The notes under the pieces are model-generated. The model saw only the letters and a list, made by a program, of their open reading frames with translations. It did no database searches and had not been told where the DNA came from. From an uncultured archaeon (GTDB lineage Archaea > Aenigmatarchaeota > Aenigmatarchaeia > CG10238-14 > SCSR01), in NCBI GenBank assembly GCA_964645905.1, contig CAZYBR010000002.1, positions 1 to 52,040 of the forward strand: DNA of 52,040 bases. The letters run 5' to 3'. The translations under genes were made by a program, and so were the position numbers. This document shows, in pieces, positions 1-8,086 of the stretch (position 1 is the stretch's first letter; every line of letters begins with the position of its first letter).

Positions 1-273
1 TTAGATGAGCTCGCTTTCGCTTATTATGACAAAGTCGCCTATTGACTTTACAGAACTGAATGGAATGAGCGTTCTACCCCTTTCGTCAGCCTTTAGGTTC
101 AGTTCAGTAATATGTTTTGTTGGCTGGTCGACTATAATGTTCATCAGCTCTCCGCTTTCTGTGACAAAATCGACATTAGTGACAACACCGAACTTTCTAC
201 CAGTTTCTTCGCTGATAATCACCTTCCCTACAACGTCCCCAGCCCGTATTCTAGATTCACCCATAAAACTCAA
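1..273 (-). CDS. PRC-barrel domain protein (small stand-alone archaeal type)
   Basis: Complete 90-aa ORF; its stop codon is the first three bases of the window. The segment GDVVGKVIISEETGRKFGVVTNVDFVTESGELMNIIV fits the PRC-barrel signature (G-x-V...G-x-x-G-x-V-x-x-V-x-F...G-x-x-x-x-I-V). Confidence 0.6.
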   Translation of the reverse strand: MSFMGESRIRAGDVVGKVIISEETGRKFGVVTNVDFVTESGELMNIIVDQPTKHITELNLKADERGRTLIPFSSVKSIGDFVIISESELI

Positions 274-308
274 TTGAATATAATTATATTGTTAATTTAA
301 TAAACTTT

Positions 309-842
309 ATGGTGAGGGCATTCATAGGCATTTGCCTGTCGGAAGAGATTAAAAGCTATGTAATTGGTGTACAAGAACAAATAAAATCTACCGGTATAGA
401 TGCGAAATTTGTCGAACCTGAGAATTTGCATATCAGCCTATCGTTTCTTGGCGAGATAGCTGATGCAGAGCTCAAAGATGTCGAGTCAAAGTTGGATGAT
501 ATATCCGGAAATTATGCGCCGTTCAAAATGATTTTGGGTAACTTGCTGTTCATACCCAATGAGAAATTCACAAGAGTGGTAGCACTCGGAATTAAAAGTG
601 TTGCACTCGATAAATTAAGGAAAAACATTGTCAAGTCGATTGGTGGGGAAAGTAATCCTGGTCACCTGACATTGGCTCGAGTTAAAAATATTCCTGACAA
701 AAAGCGATTTTTCGAAAATGCAGAAAAAATAGATTTTAAGGAGGTGCTGATGCAGGCCGATGGCGTCAGTTTGGTCGAAAGCAGGCTTCAGAAAGACGGT
801 CCTGTCTATTCAATTTTGCATACAAGCAAATTCGGAAGTTAG
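309..842 (+). CDS. thpR: RNA 2',3'-cyclic phosphodiesterase / 2'-5' RNA ligase (2H phosphoesterase, ThpR/LigT)
   Basis: 177 aa with the two diagnostic H-x-[ST]-x motifs (HISLSF and HLTLAR) at the spacing expected for the 2H superfamily. Confidence 0.8.
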   Translation: MVRAFIGICLSEEIKSYVIGVQEQIKSTGIDAKFVEPENLHISLSFLGEIADAELKDVESKLDDISGNYAPFKMILGNLLFIPNEKFTRVVALGIKSVALDKLRKNIVKSIGGESNPGHLTLARVKNIPDKKRFFENAEKIDFKEVLMQADGVSLVESRLQKDGPVYSILHTSKFGS

Positions 843-1663
843 AGCATTTCTACGATATCTCTTTCTGTTATTATTCCTTTCAAAGAATTTTCCTCGTTGA
901 TTACGGGTAGCCCGCCGATTTTATATTCGGTCATCAGCTGAACCGCGTCGGACACATCATGGTCTTCTGTCAAATACTTCACAGGAGTAGACATTATACT
1001 ATCGACACTTTCCTCGATTTTCACGGGATTATAATTGGTGTCATTGATGAAATGGAGTATATCCAAACCAGTCACTATGCCTATTACATCCTTGTTTTTT
1101 AACACAGGCAACCTCCTATAATGCGAATTGACCATAGATTTCATACAGTTTCGAATCGATGACCCGCTTTGAACGAAGAAAGGCTTATGCGTCATTATCT
1201 CATTTACGGTCATCCCGAAATATTTCGGTGTCAGCGACTTTATGAAATCTCTTTCACTCACAATACCTACAAGCTTCTGATTTTTGACTAGAGGCATGCC
1301 GCCTCTTTTAGTGATATGAAATTTCTTTAGGACGGTGCTTATGCTCTCGTTCGGCTCGGCGAGAATTATTTCATGCGTCATAAAATTCGATATTTGCGCG
1401 TTCCTTGACACGCCTCTAAGTAGCGCATCAAGTATGTCCATATAAGTCACTATTCCTACGAGATCGTTATTTTTAGACACTATCGGTATTCTCCTATGGC
1501 CTGACATTAACATTGTTTTCACTGTGTTAGAAAGACTTTCATAGTCAAACACGTAAGCAGGCGAGAAATTAGCTATGCTTGATATCGAATCCGAATTGTT
1601 GATGCCTGTCTCGGCTAGCTTTGTCATGATTCCAGTTCTTCTCTGCAGTCTTCGCACAGCCAT
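839..1663 (-). CDS. CBS-domain protein (four tandem CBS domains)
   Basis: Repeated CBS-type segments (e.g. GLPVINEENSLKGIITERDIV, RLPVLKNKDVIGIVTGLDIL, GMPLVKNQKLVGIVSERDFI, RIPIVSKNNDLVGIVTYMDIL). The likely true start is the internal ATG at 1627 (MTKLAETG...), which forms an ATGA overlap with the stop of the upstream CBS gene. Confidence 0.8.
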   Translation of the reverse strand: MAVRRLQRRTGIMTKLAETGINNSDSISSIANFSPAYVFDYESLSNTVKTMLMSGHRRIPIVSKNNDLVGIVTYMDILDALLRGVSRNAQISNFMTHEIILAEPNESISTVLKKFHITKRGGMPLVKNQKLVGIVSERDFIKSLTPKYFGMTVNEIMTHKPFFVQSGSSIRNCMKSMVNSHYRRLPVLKNKDVIGIVTGLDILHFINDTNYNPVKIEESVDSIMSTPVKYLTEDHDVSDAVQLMTEYKIGGLPVINEENSLKGIITERDIVEML

Positions 1664-2166
1664 TGGTCATTGACAGTCTGTAAATCTTCGGTGAAGTTGT
1701 CGCATGAATCGCATATACCTAAAGCTATTTTTTCTGTTATCTCAATTGGCTTCTCCTTCATCTTTAGCCTGTATTCTAGAAGATTGAGCATCTCAGGCGA
1801 TGTTCTGGCTATGTCGGTAAGCGATATGACACCTGTCAGCTTCCCATCCGACACAACAGGCAATCTATGTATGTTATTTCCTTTCATCTTCCTTGAAGCT
1901 TCCAATATATCGTCTTCTGGTTCCACTGCTACAATCGGCTCTCTCATCATAGAGTCTAATTTTACCTTATCGGCTCGTTTGCCAGCTATAATTACATTCT
2001 CTATCAGATCGCTGTCTGAAATTACACCGACTGGTCTGTTTTTTTCCGTTACTACGAGAAACCCCTTTCTGTTCTTCCTCATCATTTTTCCGGCATCAAG
2101 TGCTGTTTTCTTGATATCGATTGTGAGTACAGGAGATGACATCACATCTTTGACTAGGACAACCAT
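1624..2166 (-). CDS. CBS-pair protein with C-terminal CxxC...CxxC zinc ribbon
   Basis: 180 aa. Two CBS domains (VKDVMSSPVLTI..., RLPVVSDGKLTGVISLTDI) are followed by CDSCDNF...CEDC. Confidence 0.75.
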   Translation of the reverse strand: MVVLVKDVMSSPVLTIDIKKTALDAGKMMRKNRKGFLVVTEKNRPVGVISDSDLIENVIIAGKRADKVKLDSMMREPIVAVEPEDDILEASRKMKGNNIHRLPVVSDGKLTGVISLTDIARTSPEMLNLLEYRLKMKEKPIEITEKIALGICDSCDNFTEDLQTVNDQWLCEDCREELES

Positions 2167-2195
2167 TTTACCACCAGATACTAATTGACTTCATA

Positions 2196-2522
2196 TTAAT
2201 AAATTTTAAGGAACTCCTCAAGAGGTTGGCCGTCTGTAGAAATGACCTTTTTGATTGGCTCCAAAACCCTGATTTTCTTGTACCCGAAGTCCACTACAAG
2301 GAAAAATGGGAACCCCTGAAAATCATTCTTAGCATATCCGTAGTAATAGAGATTTTTCTTTTTCGTTGATTTTATTTGGAGCAGGATGCATTTCTTATCC
2401 TTAAGGCAGATTAGATCTGCTTCCCCTAGGCTGGCGCCTGCCCTTAATACAGTCCATCCGCATTTCTCGAATAAAAGACGGATTTTCCTCTCCACACGGT
2501 ATCCTTTGAGTTTAGCAAGCAT
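2196..2522 (-). CDS. hjc: Holliday junction resolvase Hjc-like (PD-(D/E)xK nuclease)
   Basis: 108 aa, alignable by eye to archaeal Hjc: KGYRVERKIRLLFEKCGWTVLRAGAS..ADLICL....CILLQIKSTKK versus the canonical KG..ERE....LE..GF.V.R.AGS...DL.A......IEVK. The Glu of the E-x-K motif is Gln here (see findings). Confidence 0.7.
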   Translation of the reverse strand: MLAKLKGYRVERKIRLLFEKCGWTVLRAGASLGEADLICLKDKKCILLQIKSTKKKNLYYYGYAKNDFQGFPFFLVVDFGYKKIRVLEPIKKVISTDGQPLEEFLKIY

Positions 2523-2550
2523 TATTTAATATTTCTCTTACAAGATAAAA

Positions 2551-3231
2551 GTGATGAAAGTAGCCGTAGTTAGTTGCATACATGGTGACATCGAAAACCT
2601 GATGAAATTTCTGGATAAAACAGGAGCATTGAAACCAGATGTGCTTGTTTGTCCGGGAGATTTTACAGATTTTTCATTTCCTAAAGGTTTCAATAGGCTT
2701 GATATGGCAAAATTAATTTTAGAAGAAATGAAAGGCTTGAATGTGCCTATCCTTGCTGTTCCCGGAAGCTGGGATGGTGAATTGATAGGGTTCCTGAAGA
2801 AAGAAGGAATCAGTATACATGCTGAAGGAAGGATTATTGAAAACGTTGGGTTTTATGGGTATGGCGGAGCTAAAACTCCTTTCAACACACCATTCGAACC
2901 TAGTGAAGGAGAGATAGAATTAGGCCTTGAGAAGGCATTTAGTGAAGTGAAAAAAGCTAAAATTAAAATCCAGGTGACACATTCACCACCAAGCCACACA
3001 AAGTTAGATGTGATTGTCAGTGGTGCACATGTAGGATCGAACGCTGTTAGAAGCTTCATTGAGAACAGGCAGCCTAATGTTGCTGTATCCTCTCACATAC
3101 ATGAAAGCAGAGGTGTTGATGAGATAGGTAAAACGAAAATTATGAATTCTGGCCGTTTTCCAGAAGGTTATGTGGGCATGATTGAGATTCGCGATTCAGA
3201 AATAACAACGAAAGTAATTAGTCTGATATAA
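2551..3231 (+). CDS. Calcineurin-like metallophosphoesterase
   Basis: Motifs SCIHGD, CPGDFTD, VTHSPP and SSHIHES appear in the canonical order. The ATG at 2554 directly follows the GTG at 2551. Confidence 0.75.
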   Translation: MMKVAVVSCIHGDIENLMKFLDKTGALKPDVLVCPGDFTDFSFPKGFNRLDMAKLILEEMKGLNVPILAVPGSWDGELIGFLKKEGISIHAEGRIIENVGFYGYGGAKTPFNTPFEPSEGEIELGLEKAFSEVKKAKIKIQVTHSPPSHTKLDVIVSGAHVGSNAVRSFIENRQPNVAVSSHIHESRGVDEIGKTKIMNSGRFPEGYVGMIEIRDSEITTKVISLI

Positions 3232-3247
3232 CTTCTACACAATATAA

Positions 3248-3697
3248 ATGCACTTTAAAAGAATTCCATTAGTTTATTTTCCGCTCTCCAAGGAAACGTT
3301 TAAGATGACTGAAAATATTTTAGCAGAATCGATAGAAACGCAACAACAAGGAGATAATATAAAGGGTTTTGAGAATGCTATTGCCTTGGCAGAAAAGCTA
3401 GATTTCATGGACATCCAACTTCTCAGGAAATTTTATATGAATGGTAAGGAACAACCGTTCGATCTTCAACCTTATTGTTTCCCGCTTCTTTTCTCAGAAA
3501 TGAAAGTGAACCATAAACTTAAGATTGGGCTCGAGGCATTGAGGAAGAGACTGAATAACTTGGTCAGGCTCGGACTTTTATATAAGATAAACCAGTCTAA
3601 CCCTACAAATTACACACCATTCATAGACAAGAGGCAGTTTGTTCGTGCGGTTATCACAAAGTTTTTCGTTATCAACGGTTTAACTAAATTTCTATGA
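3248..3697 (+). CDS. Hypothetical protein, possible winged-helix DNA-binding protein
   Basis: 149-aa ORF. The C-terminal part (LEALRKRLNNLVRLGLLYKINQSNPTNYTP) looks like a recognition helix plus wing. An alternative start is at 3305 (MTENIL...). No family recognised. Confidence 0.4.
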   Translation: MHFKRIPLVYFPLSKETFKMTENILAESIETQQQGDNIKGFENAIALAEKLDFMDIQLLRKFYMNGKEQPFDLQPYCFPLLFSEMKVNHKLKIGLEALRKRLNNLVRLGLLYKINQSNPTNYTPFIDKRQFVRAVITKFFVINGLTKFL

Positions 3698-3988
3698 ACC
3701 TTCCAATAGATATTTGTGAACATTCAAACAATAATTCCGAATGTTTCCAATTAAATTCTCCGAGTATTCTCATACATTAGTCGAACTGTTCTATTCTAGA
3801 TTCAAGTAGTAGTATAAAATAATGGATTTAATAGAATAATGGAAAAAGGATTTATTATATTATTAAATATAACTACGTTATCATTATATTATTATGAATC
3901 TTATTTTTATTTTATATTTTAAGAAAAATTTTCATGTAGAACGCCTACCACAACTCTGCAAAGAAACATTATACATATGCGCAGAAAG

Positions 3989-3998
3989 TTTATAAAAA
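3989..3998 (+). promoter_or_regulatory. Putative BRE/TATA promoter of the wHTH-DP1-like-PolB operon
   Basis: AGAAAG followed by TTTATAAAAA lies about 30 nt upstream of the ATG at 4027. This is the geometry of an archaeal promoter giving a very short or absent leader. Confidence 0.4.
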
Positions 3999-4026
3999 TT
4001 AGTCCCCAAGTAAATTACTGGTAATT

Positions 4027-4284
4027 ATGAAACGCGGCAGACCAAACATAAGGCGTGATGTGCAACGCGAGATAATTTCATTTTTATCTGGCCGCGGAAC
4101 ACCAGTCACCATATCAGTAGTTTCTAAGGAATTATCAAAGACAATTAATAGAGAGGTAAGCTGGAACACTGTGCAAAAATATATGCAGGAACTGGTTGAG
4201 AGTGGGCAGTTACAGGCGATACAGCTGCCCCATTCCAAGCAGGAGAATAGGGACGGGCTAGTTGTATATACCTTAAAAAAGTGA
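4027..4284 (+). CDS. Small winged-helix DNA-binding protein
   Basis: 85 aa: a basic N-terminus (MKRGRPNIRRD), then an HTH-like core (VTISVVSKELSKTINREVSWNTVQKYMQELVESGQL) and a wing-like end (DGLVVYTLKK). It is the first gene of the polymerase operon, with an 18-nt spacer to the next gene. Confidence 0.5.
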   Translation: MKRGRPNIRRDVQREIISFLSGRGTPVTISVVSKELSKTINREVSWNTVQKYMQELVESGQLQAIQLPHSKQENRDGLVVYTLKK

Positions 4285-4302
4285 AATACCTTACCGTTTA
4301 AT

Positions 4303-5367
4303 ATGGATAGGAATATTATCCTTAAGCAGTTTATCTCCAGAGGTATCCAGATAAATAAACAAGCTCTAGACATGCTTTATGATAATCCGAACCTACTTGA
4401 TTCGGTGCTTAAGATAGACAATAACAATCTGCCTACAACCATAACACTTAACTTCCTGGAAACTTTGGAAGAAAAGCCCAAAGAGAAGACTACAGTGGTA
4501 AGAGAAGCAAAAACTGTAATGGATAGATACATCTTTCTCAGGGATGTACTTAGTGTGAAACCGGAATTAACTAATCTGATGTCGATAAGCAAAATAAACG
4601 AACGGACAAAGGATTTTTCAGTTATAGGAATCGTAGTCGAGAATAACGGGAAGCTCGTGCTCGAAGACACGACGGGGTATTATACATTTTCGATATCAAA
4701 CGACCTGGGCAGCCATATCCTCAAGGACGAAGTAATTGGAGCAGTCTGCCAGTTCAATAATAGTGTGATAGAAATTAAAAATGTGGTATATCCGGATATA
4801 CCGTTAAGGAAAGAAGCCACCAATACCAAGGCAGATATTGAGTGTATTTTCATATCGGATATACACATGGATTCACCGTCGCTTAACAGAGACATCTACA
4901 TAAATTTCATAGACTGGGTAAAATCCAAAAAAAATCTAATGATTTTCCTCGGTGGAGGCATATCAGAAAGGCAATCCGATATAGACAAATTAAAAGAGGA
5001 TATAGGAAATACAAATCTGTATTTTGCAGAAAATACAACGAAACAAATCGAAGAAGTGAAGATATTTTCCGGATACATACCATTCATACACCAATACTCC
5101 TCTAAATTAGGTACGACACTGGAGACCACCATCATGAACCTGCTGAAAAAAAGGAATCTAGACCCAACTTTCGGAAACAAAGTCTACAGCAATTCATTTT
5201 TGCTTAAGGATATACCTGATATACTGGTTCTAGGAGGAACCGGAACACCGTTATTGTTTAATTACAAAGGTACAACAGTGGTAACAAACGGTAGTTTCTT
5301 GGCAAAACCAGAATACTGGCAACTAAACCTCAAGACAAGAGAAACATTTAAAATCAACTTCTCATAA
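4303..5367 (+). CDS. DNA polymerase small (B) subunit, PolD-DP1-like, with degenerate phosphoesterase motifs
   Basis: 354 aa. It has a DP1-type N-terminal helical domain (ILKQFISRGIQINKQALDML) and a DP1-type OB fold (VIGIVVENNGKLVLEDTTGYYTFS...KDEVIGAVCQF...VVYPDIP). PDE motif I is present (FISDIHMD) and the conserved LLKKRNLDPTFG block matches canonical LL..RHLAP.YG. Motifs II-V are degenerate: LGGGISE for GDxxDG, AENTT for GNHD, LGGTGTP for GHxH. Confidence 0.7.
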   Translation: MDRNIILKQFISRGIQINKQALDMLYDNPNLLDSVLKIDNNNLPTTITLNFLETLEEKPKEKTTVVREAKTVMDRYIFLRDVLSVKPELTNLMSISKINERTKDFSVIGIVVENNGKLVLEDTTGYYTFSISNDLGSHILKDEVIGAVCQFNNSVIEIKNVVYPDIPLRKEATNTKADIECIFISDIHMDSPSLNRDIYINFIDWVKSKKNLMIFLGGGISERQSDIDKLKEDIGNTNLYFAENTTKQIEEVKIFSGYIPFIHQYSSKLGTTLETTIMNLLKKRNLDPTFGNKVYSNSFLLKDIPDILVLGGTGTPLLFNYKGTTVVTNGSFLAKPEYWQLNLKTRETFKINFS

Positions 5368-5374
5368 ACACTGT

Positions 5375-8086
5375 ATGGAGTTAGAATTCCAGCTTCTTGA
5401 TGCAGACTATGTGATGCTTGGAGGCAAGCCTCTGGTAAGGCTGTTCGGAATAAAGGACGGGAAATCCGTGTGCGTATTTGTAAAGGACTATTTCCCGTAT
5501 TTCTATGTACAACCAAAGCCTGAATTTATTCCCGACTTCGAGCACATGCTCAAGAAGAAGTTTCCTGGATTAGTGAGAAACGTTGAAACAGAATACAAAT
5601 TATTACCTATCGGATACCAGAAAGAAAAAACACTTCTGCTAAAAATATCCCTCAATGACCCGTCAAGGGTCCCCGAAGTCCGCGACACATTAAAGAAGGA
5701 TAAACTGGTGAATGAAATTTACGAGGCTGATATCCTTTTCAAATACCGTTACATGGCCGATAGGGGTATATCTGGATTCAAGTGGTTGAAAGTAAACGGA
5801 ACCCAAACAAGGACACAGACAGTCAAGACCGACATAACAGTGGACGCCAGTGAGATAAACGAAATAGAAAACTTGGAGAACAGCAGCATGAAATATCTTT
5901 CGTTGGATATCGAGACCATAGCAGAGGAAGGTGTACCGGACGCCAAGAAAGACATAATCGGCATGATAAGCCTGTCTTTTAGCCCAAGCTACAATGGAGA
6001 GAGTTCTCTTGTGCTCGTATCCAAGATATACCAGAAAGCTAACAATACGATAAAAGTATTTCCGAACGAGGAAGAGATGCTGAAAGAGTTTCTGAAAATC
6101 GTTGAAAACTATGACCCAGACGCGATTGTAGGCTATAACATAAATAATTTCGATTTCCCGTACATACTGACCAGATTACGCGAAAACAACCTTCCGTCGT
6201 TTCTCGGCAGGTGTAATCAAAAACCAGCAGTGTCAAGGAAGATAACCACTTATTATAAGAACACTGTGACAGGCAGGGTGATTGTAGACCCGTACGAACT
6301 CGTAAAGGAAGCGATACGGAAAGGAAACCTGCGCCTAAAACGATTGGGGCTAGGCGATGTCTCACGTGAATTATTGAACGACAAAAAAATGGATATAGAG
6401 CACGGGGAGATATTCGACCACTGGAACGGTGACGGGCAAAAAATGAGTAAGCTGGTCGAGTATGCAAGAAAAGATGCTGATCTGGCTCTCAGGCTCGTAT
6501 TGGAGAAAGGATTTCTCGATAAATTTTTTGAACTGAGCAAGGTATCAGGCATACTTCTGCAAGACTGCTTGGATGGGGGAGAGGCGCAGCGTGTGGAAAA
6601 CCTGTTTCTTAGAGAGTTCAACAAATATGGATATGTCTTACCCGGCAAACCTGCCGAAGACACGTATGGAGGGCAAGAAGTGCAGGAGTTGAAGGGCGCT
6701 CTCGTATTGGAACCGAAAACCGGGTTGCATACGGATCCGGTCGTCTATCTTGATTTTAAATCAATGTACCCTTCGATTTTTATTGCATACAATATCTGCC
6801 CTACAACTCTAGTCAGAAACAAAGATTTAGGCGTGGAGACAATCGAAACCCCATACGGAACCAAATTCGTTTCAAAAAATGTAAAAGAAGGCATCATGCC
6901 TATGATATTAAAAAAACTGATAGACGAAAGAGATAAGGTACGAAGCGAATCAAAGCATGCAGAAGACGGTAATGTCAAAAGATTGCTCGAAGCCAAGCAG
7001 GTCGCATTGAAAATAATGACAAATGCATTCTACGGATATACCGGATACCTGAGGGCAAGGCTTTATGTGATTGACATCGCAAGCACCATTACAGGTTGCG
7101 GTAGATTTCTGATAAACAAGACACGTGATATAATTGAATCTAATCCAGGCAGCGAAGTCATTTACGGTGATACGGATTCTATAATGGTTAAAATAAAGGA
7201 AGCCGACTTAGAAGCCGCATACAAGAAAGGAAGCGAGCTGGAGTCCATCGTCAACAACGAATTGAAAGGAATTATACAAATAAAAATCGAAAAGGTTTTC
7301 AAATCACTCCTCATTCTTTCTAAGAAAAGGTATTCTGGACTTGCTTACGAAAAGCATGGAAATGAGTGGAAAGAAGAAATGGTGATGAAGGGCATTGAGA
7401 CTGTAAGGCGTGATTGGTGCGACGCGGCTACAAAAATATTATTCGAAGTTCTAAACATCCTTTTAAGGGAACAGAATCCGAAGAAGGCTTTCGTATACGT
7501 GAAAGACTATCTGCAAAAACTGGAAAAAAATGAAGTATCACTTGACGAACTGCTCATAACAAAAAGCGTGTCAAAATCTATCAGCGCATACAAAGGAATG
7601 CAGCCGCACATAGAGCTTGTGAAAAAATTACAGAAAAGGAACGGCGAGGCGCCTGGAGTCGGCGATAGAGTAAGCTTTGTCATCGTCAAAGGACTGCAGT
7701 TATTGTCAGAGAGGGCTGAAGACCCTGAATATGTTAGGAAGAATAAAATTCCGATTGACTCGAAATATTATGTGGAAAACCAGATACTGCCTCCGCTAGA
7801 AAGAGTTTTTGAAGTTATAGGGTTCAGTAAGATAGAATTGCTTGGTATAGGGAGACAGACATTGCTTAAGGAGATGTTCAAGAATAACACAGGTCCTGCA
7901 AATGGAAACGGAACTATGGTCGAATGCCTAAATGATTCTGATGGAGTCGTTTGCGGCAAATGCAATAAAGCGTACAGGAGAATACCATTAGTCGGGAAAT
8001 GTCTGGACTGTGGAGGTGACGTGTTGTTCAGTTTTAATGGTGAAAAGTCATATTATAAGCAAGTACCTTCGAAGGAGATTAAATGA
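5375..8086 (+). CDS. polB: Family-B DNA polymerase with C-terminal zinc-ribbon extension
   Basis: 903 aa. Exo I is YLSLDIET, Exo II is NINNFDFPYIL, Exo III is YARKDADLALRL. Pol motif A is DFKSMYPSI, motif B is KIMTNAFYGYTGY, motif C is YGDTDS. All catalytic motifs are intact and no intein is evident. An extra tail of about 75 aa contains CGKC-x12-CLDC. Confidence 0.95.
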   Translation: MELEFQLLDADYVMLGGKPLVRLFGIKDGKSVCVFVKDYFPYFYVQPKPEFIPDFEHMLKKKFPGLVRNVETEYKLLPIGYQKEKTLLLKISLNDPSRVPEVRDTLKKDKLVNEIYEADILFKYRYMADRGISGFKWLKVNGTQTRTQTVKTDITVDASEINEIENLENSSMKYLSLDIETIAEEGVPDAKKDIIGMISLSFSPSYNGESSLVLVSKIYQKANNTIKVFPNEEEMLKEFLKIVENYDPDAIVGYNINNFDFPYILTRLRENNLPSFLGRCNQKPAVSRKITTYYKNTVTGRVIVDPYELVKEAIRKGNLRLKRLGLGDVSRELLNDKKMDIEHGEIFDHWNGDGQKMSKLVEYARKDADLALRLVLEKGFLDKFFELSKVSGILLQDCLDGGEAQRVENLFLREFNKYGYVLPGKPAEDTYGGQEVQELKGALVLEPKTGLHTDPVVYLDFKSMYPSIFIAYNICPTTLVRNKDLGVETIETPYGTKFVSKNVKEGIMPMILKKLIDERDKVRSESKHAEDGNVKRLLEAKQVALKIMTNAFYGYTGYLRARLYVIDIASTITGCGRFLINKTRDIIESNPGSEVIYGDTDSIMVKIKEADLEAAYKKGSELESIVNNELKGIIQIKIEKVFKSLLILSKKRYSGLAYEKHGNEWKEEMVMKGIETVRRDWCDAATKILFEVLNILLREQNPKKAFVYVKDYLQKLEKNEVSLDELLITKSVSKSISAYKGMQPHIELVKKLQKRNGEAPGVGDRVSFVIVKGLQLLSERAEDPEYVRKNKIPIDSKYYVENQILPPLERVFEVIGFSKIELLGIGRQTLLKEMFKNNTGPANGNGTMVECLNDSDGVVCGKCNKAYRRIPLVGKCLDCGGDVLFSFNGEKSYYKQVPSKEIK

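Noticed and set aside
3701-3751. TTCCAAT direct repeats as possible Orc1/Cdc6 origin-recognition boxes
   Set aside because: The match is only 7 nt. It does not match the dyad-containing ORB/mini-ORB consensus I know (TCCA-N-TGGA core), and no orc1/cdc6 gene is nearby. It is kept only as a minor element of the AT-rich spacer finding.
6039-6663. Two overlapping 136-142-aa minus-strand ORFs inside polB
   Set aside because: They are Ser/Arg/Leu-rich shadow ORFs antisense to a gene with all family-B polymerase motifs intact. The same reasoning applies to 1670-2188(+), 20804-21187(-), 30222-30792(+), 45348-45941(-) and similar track entries.
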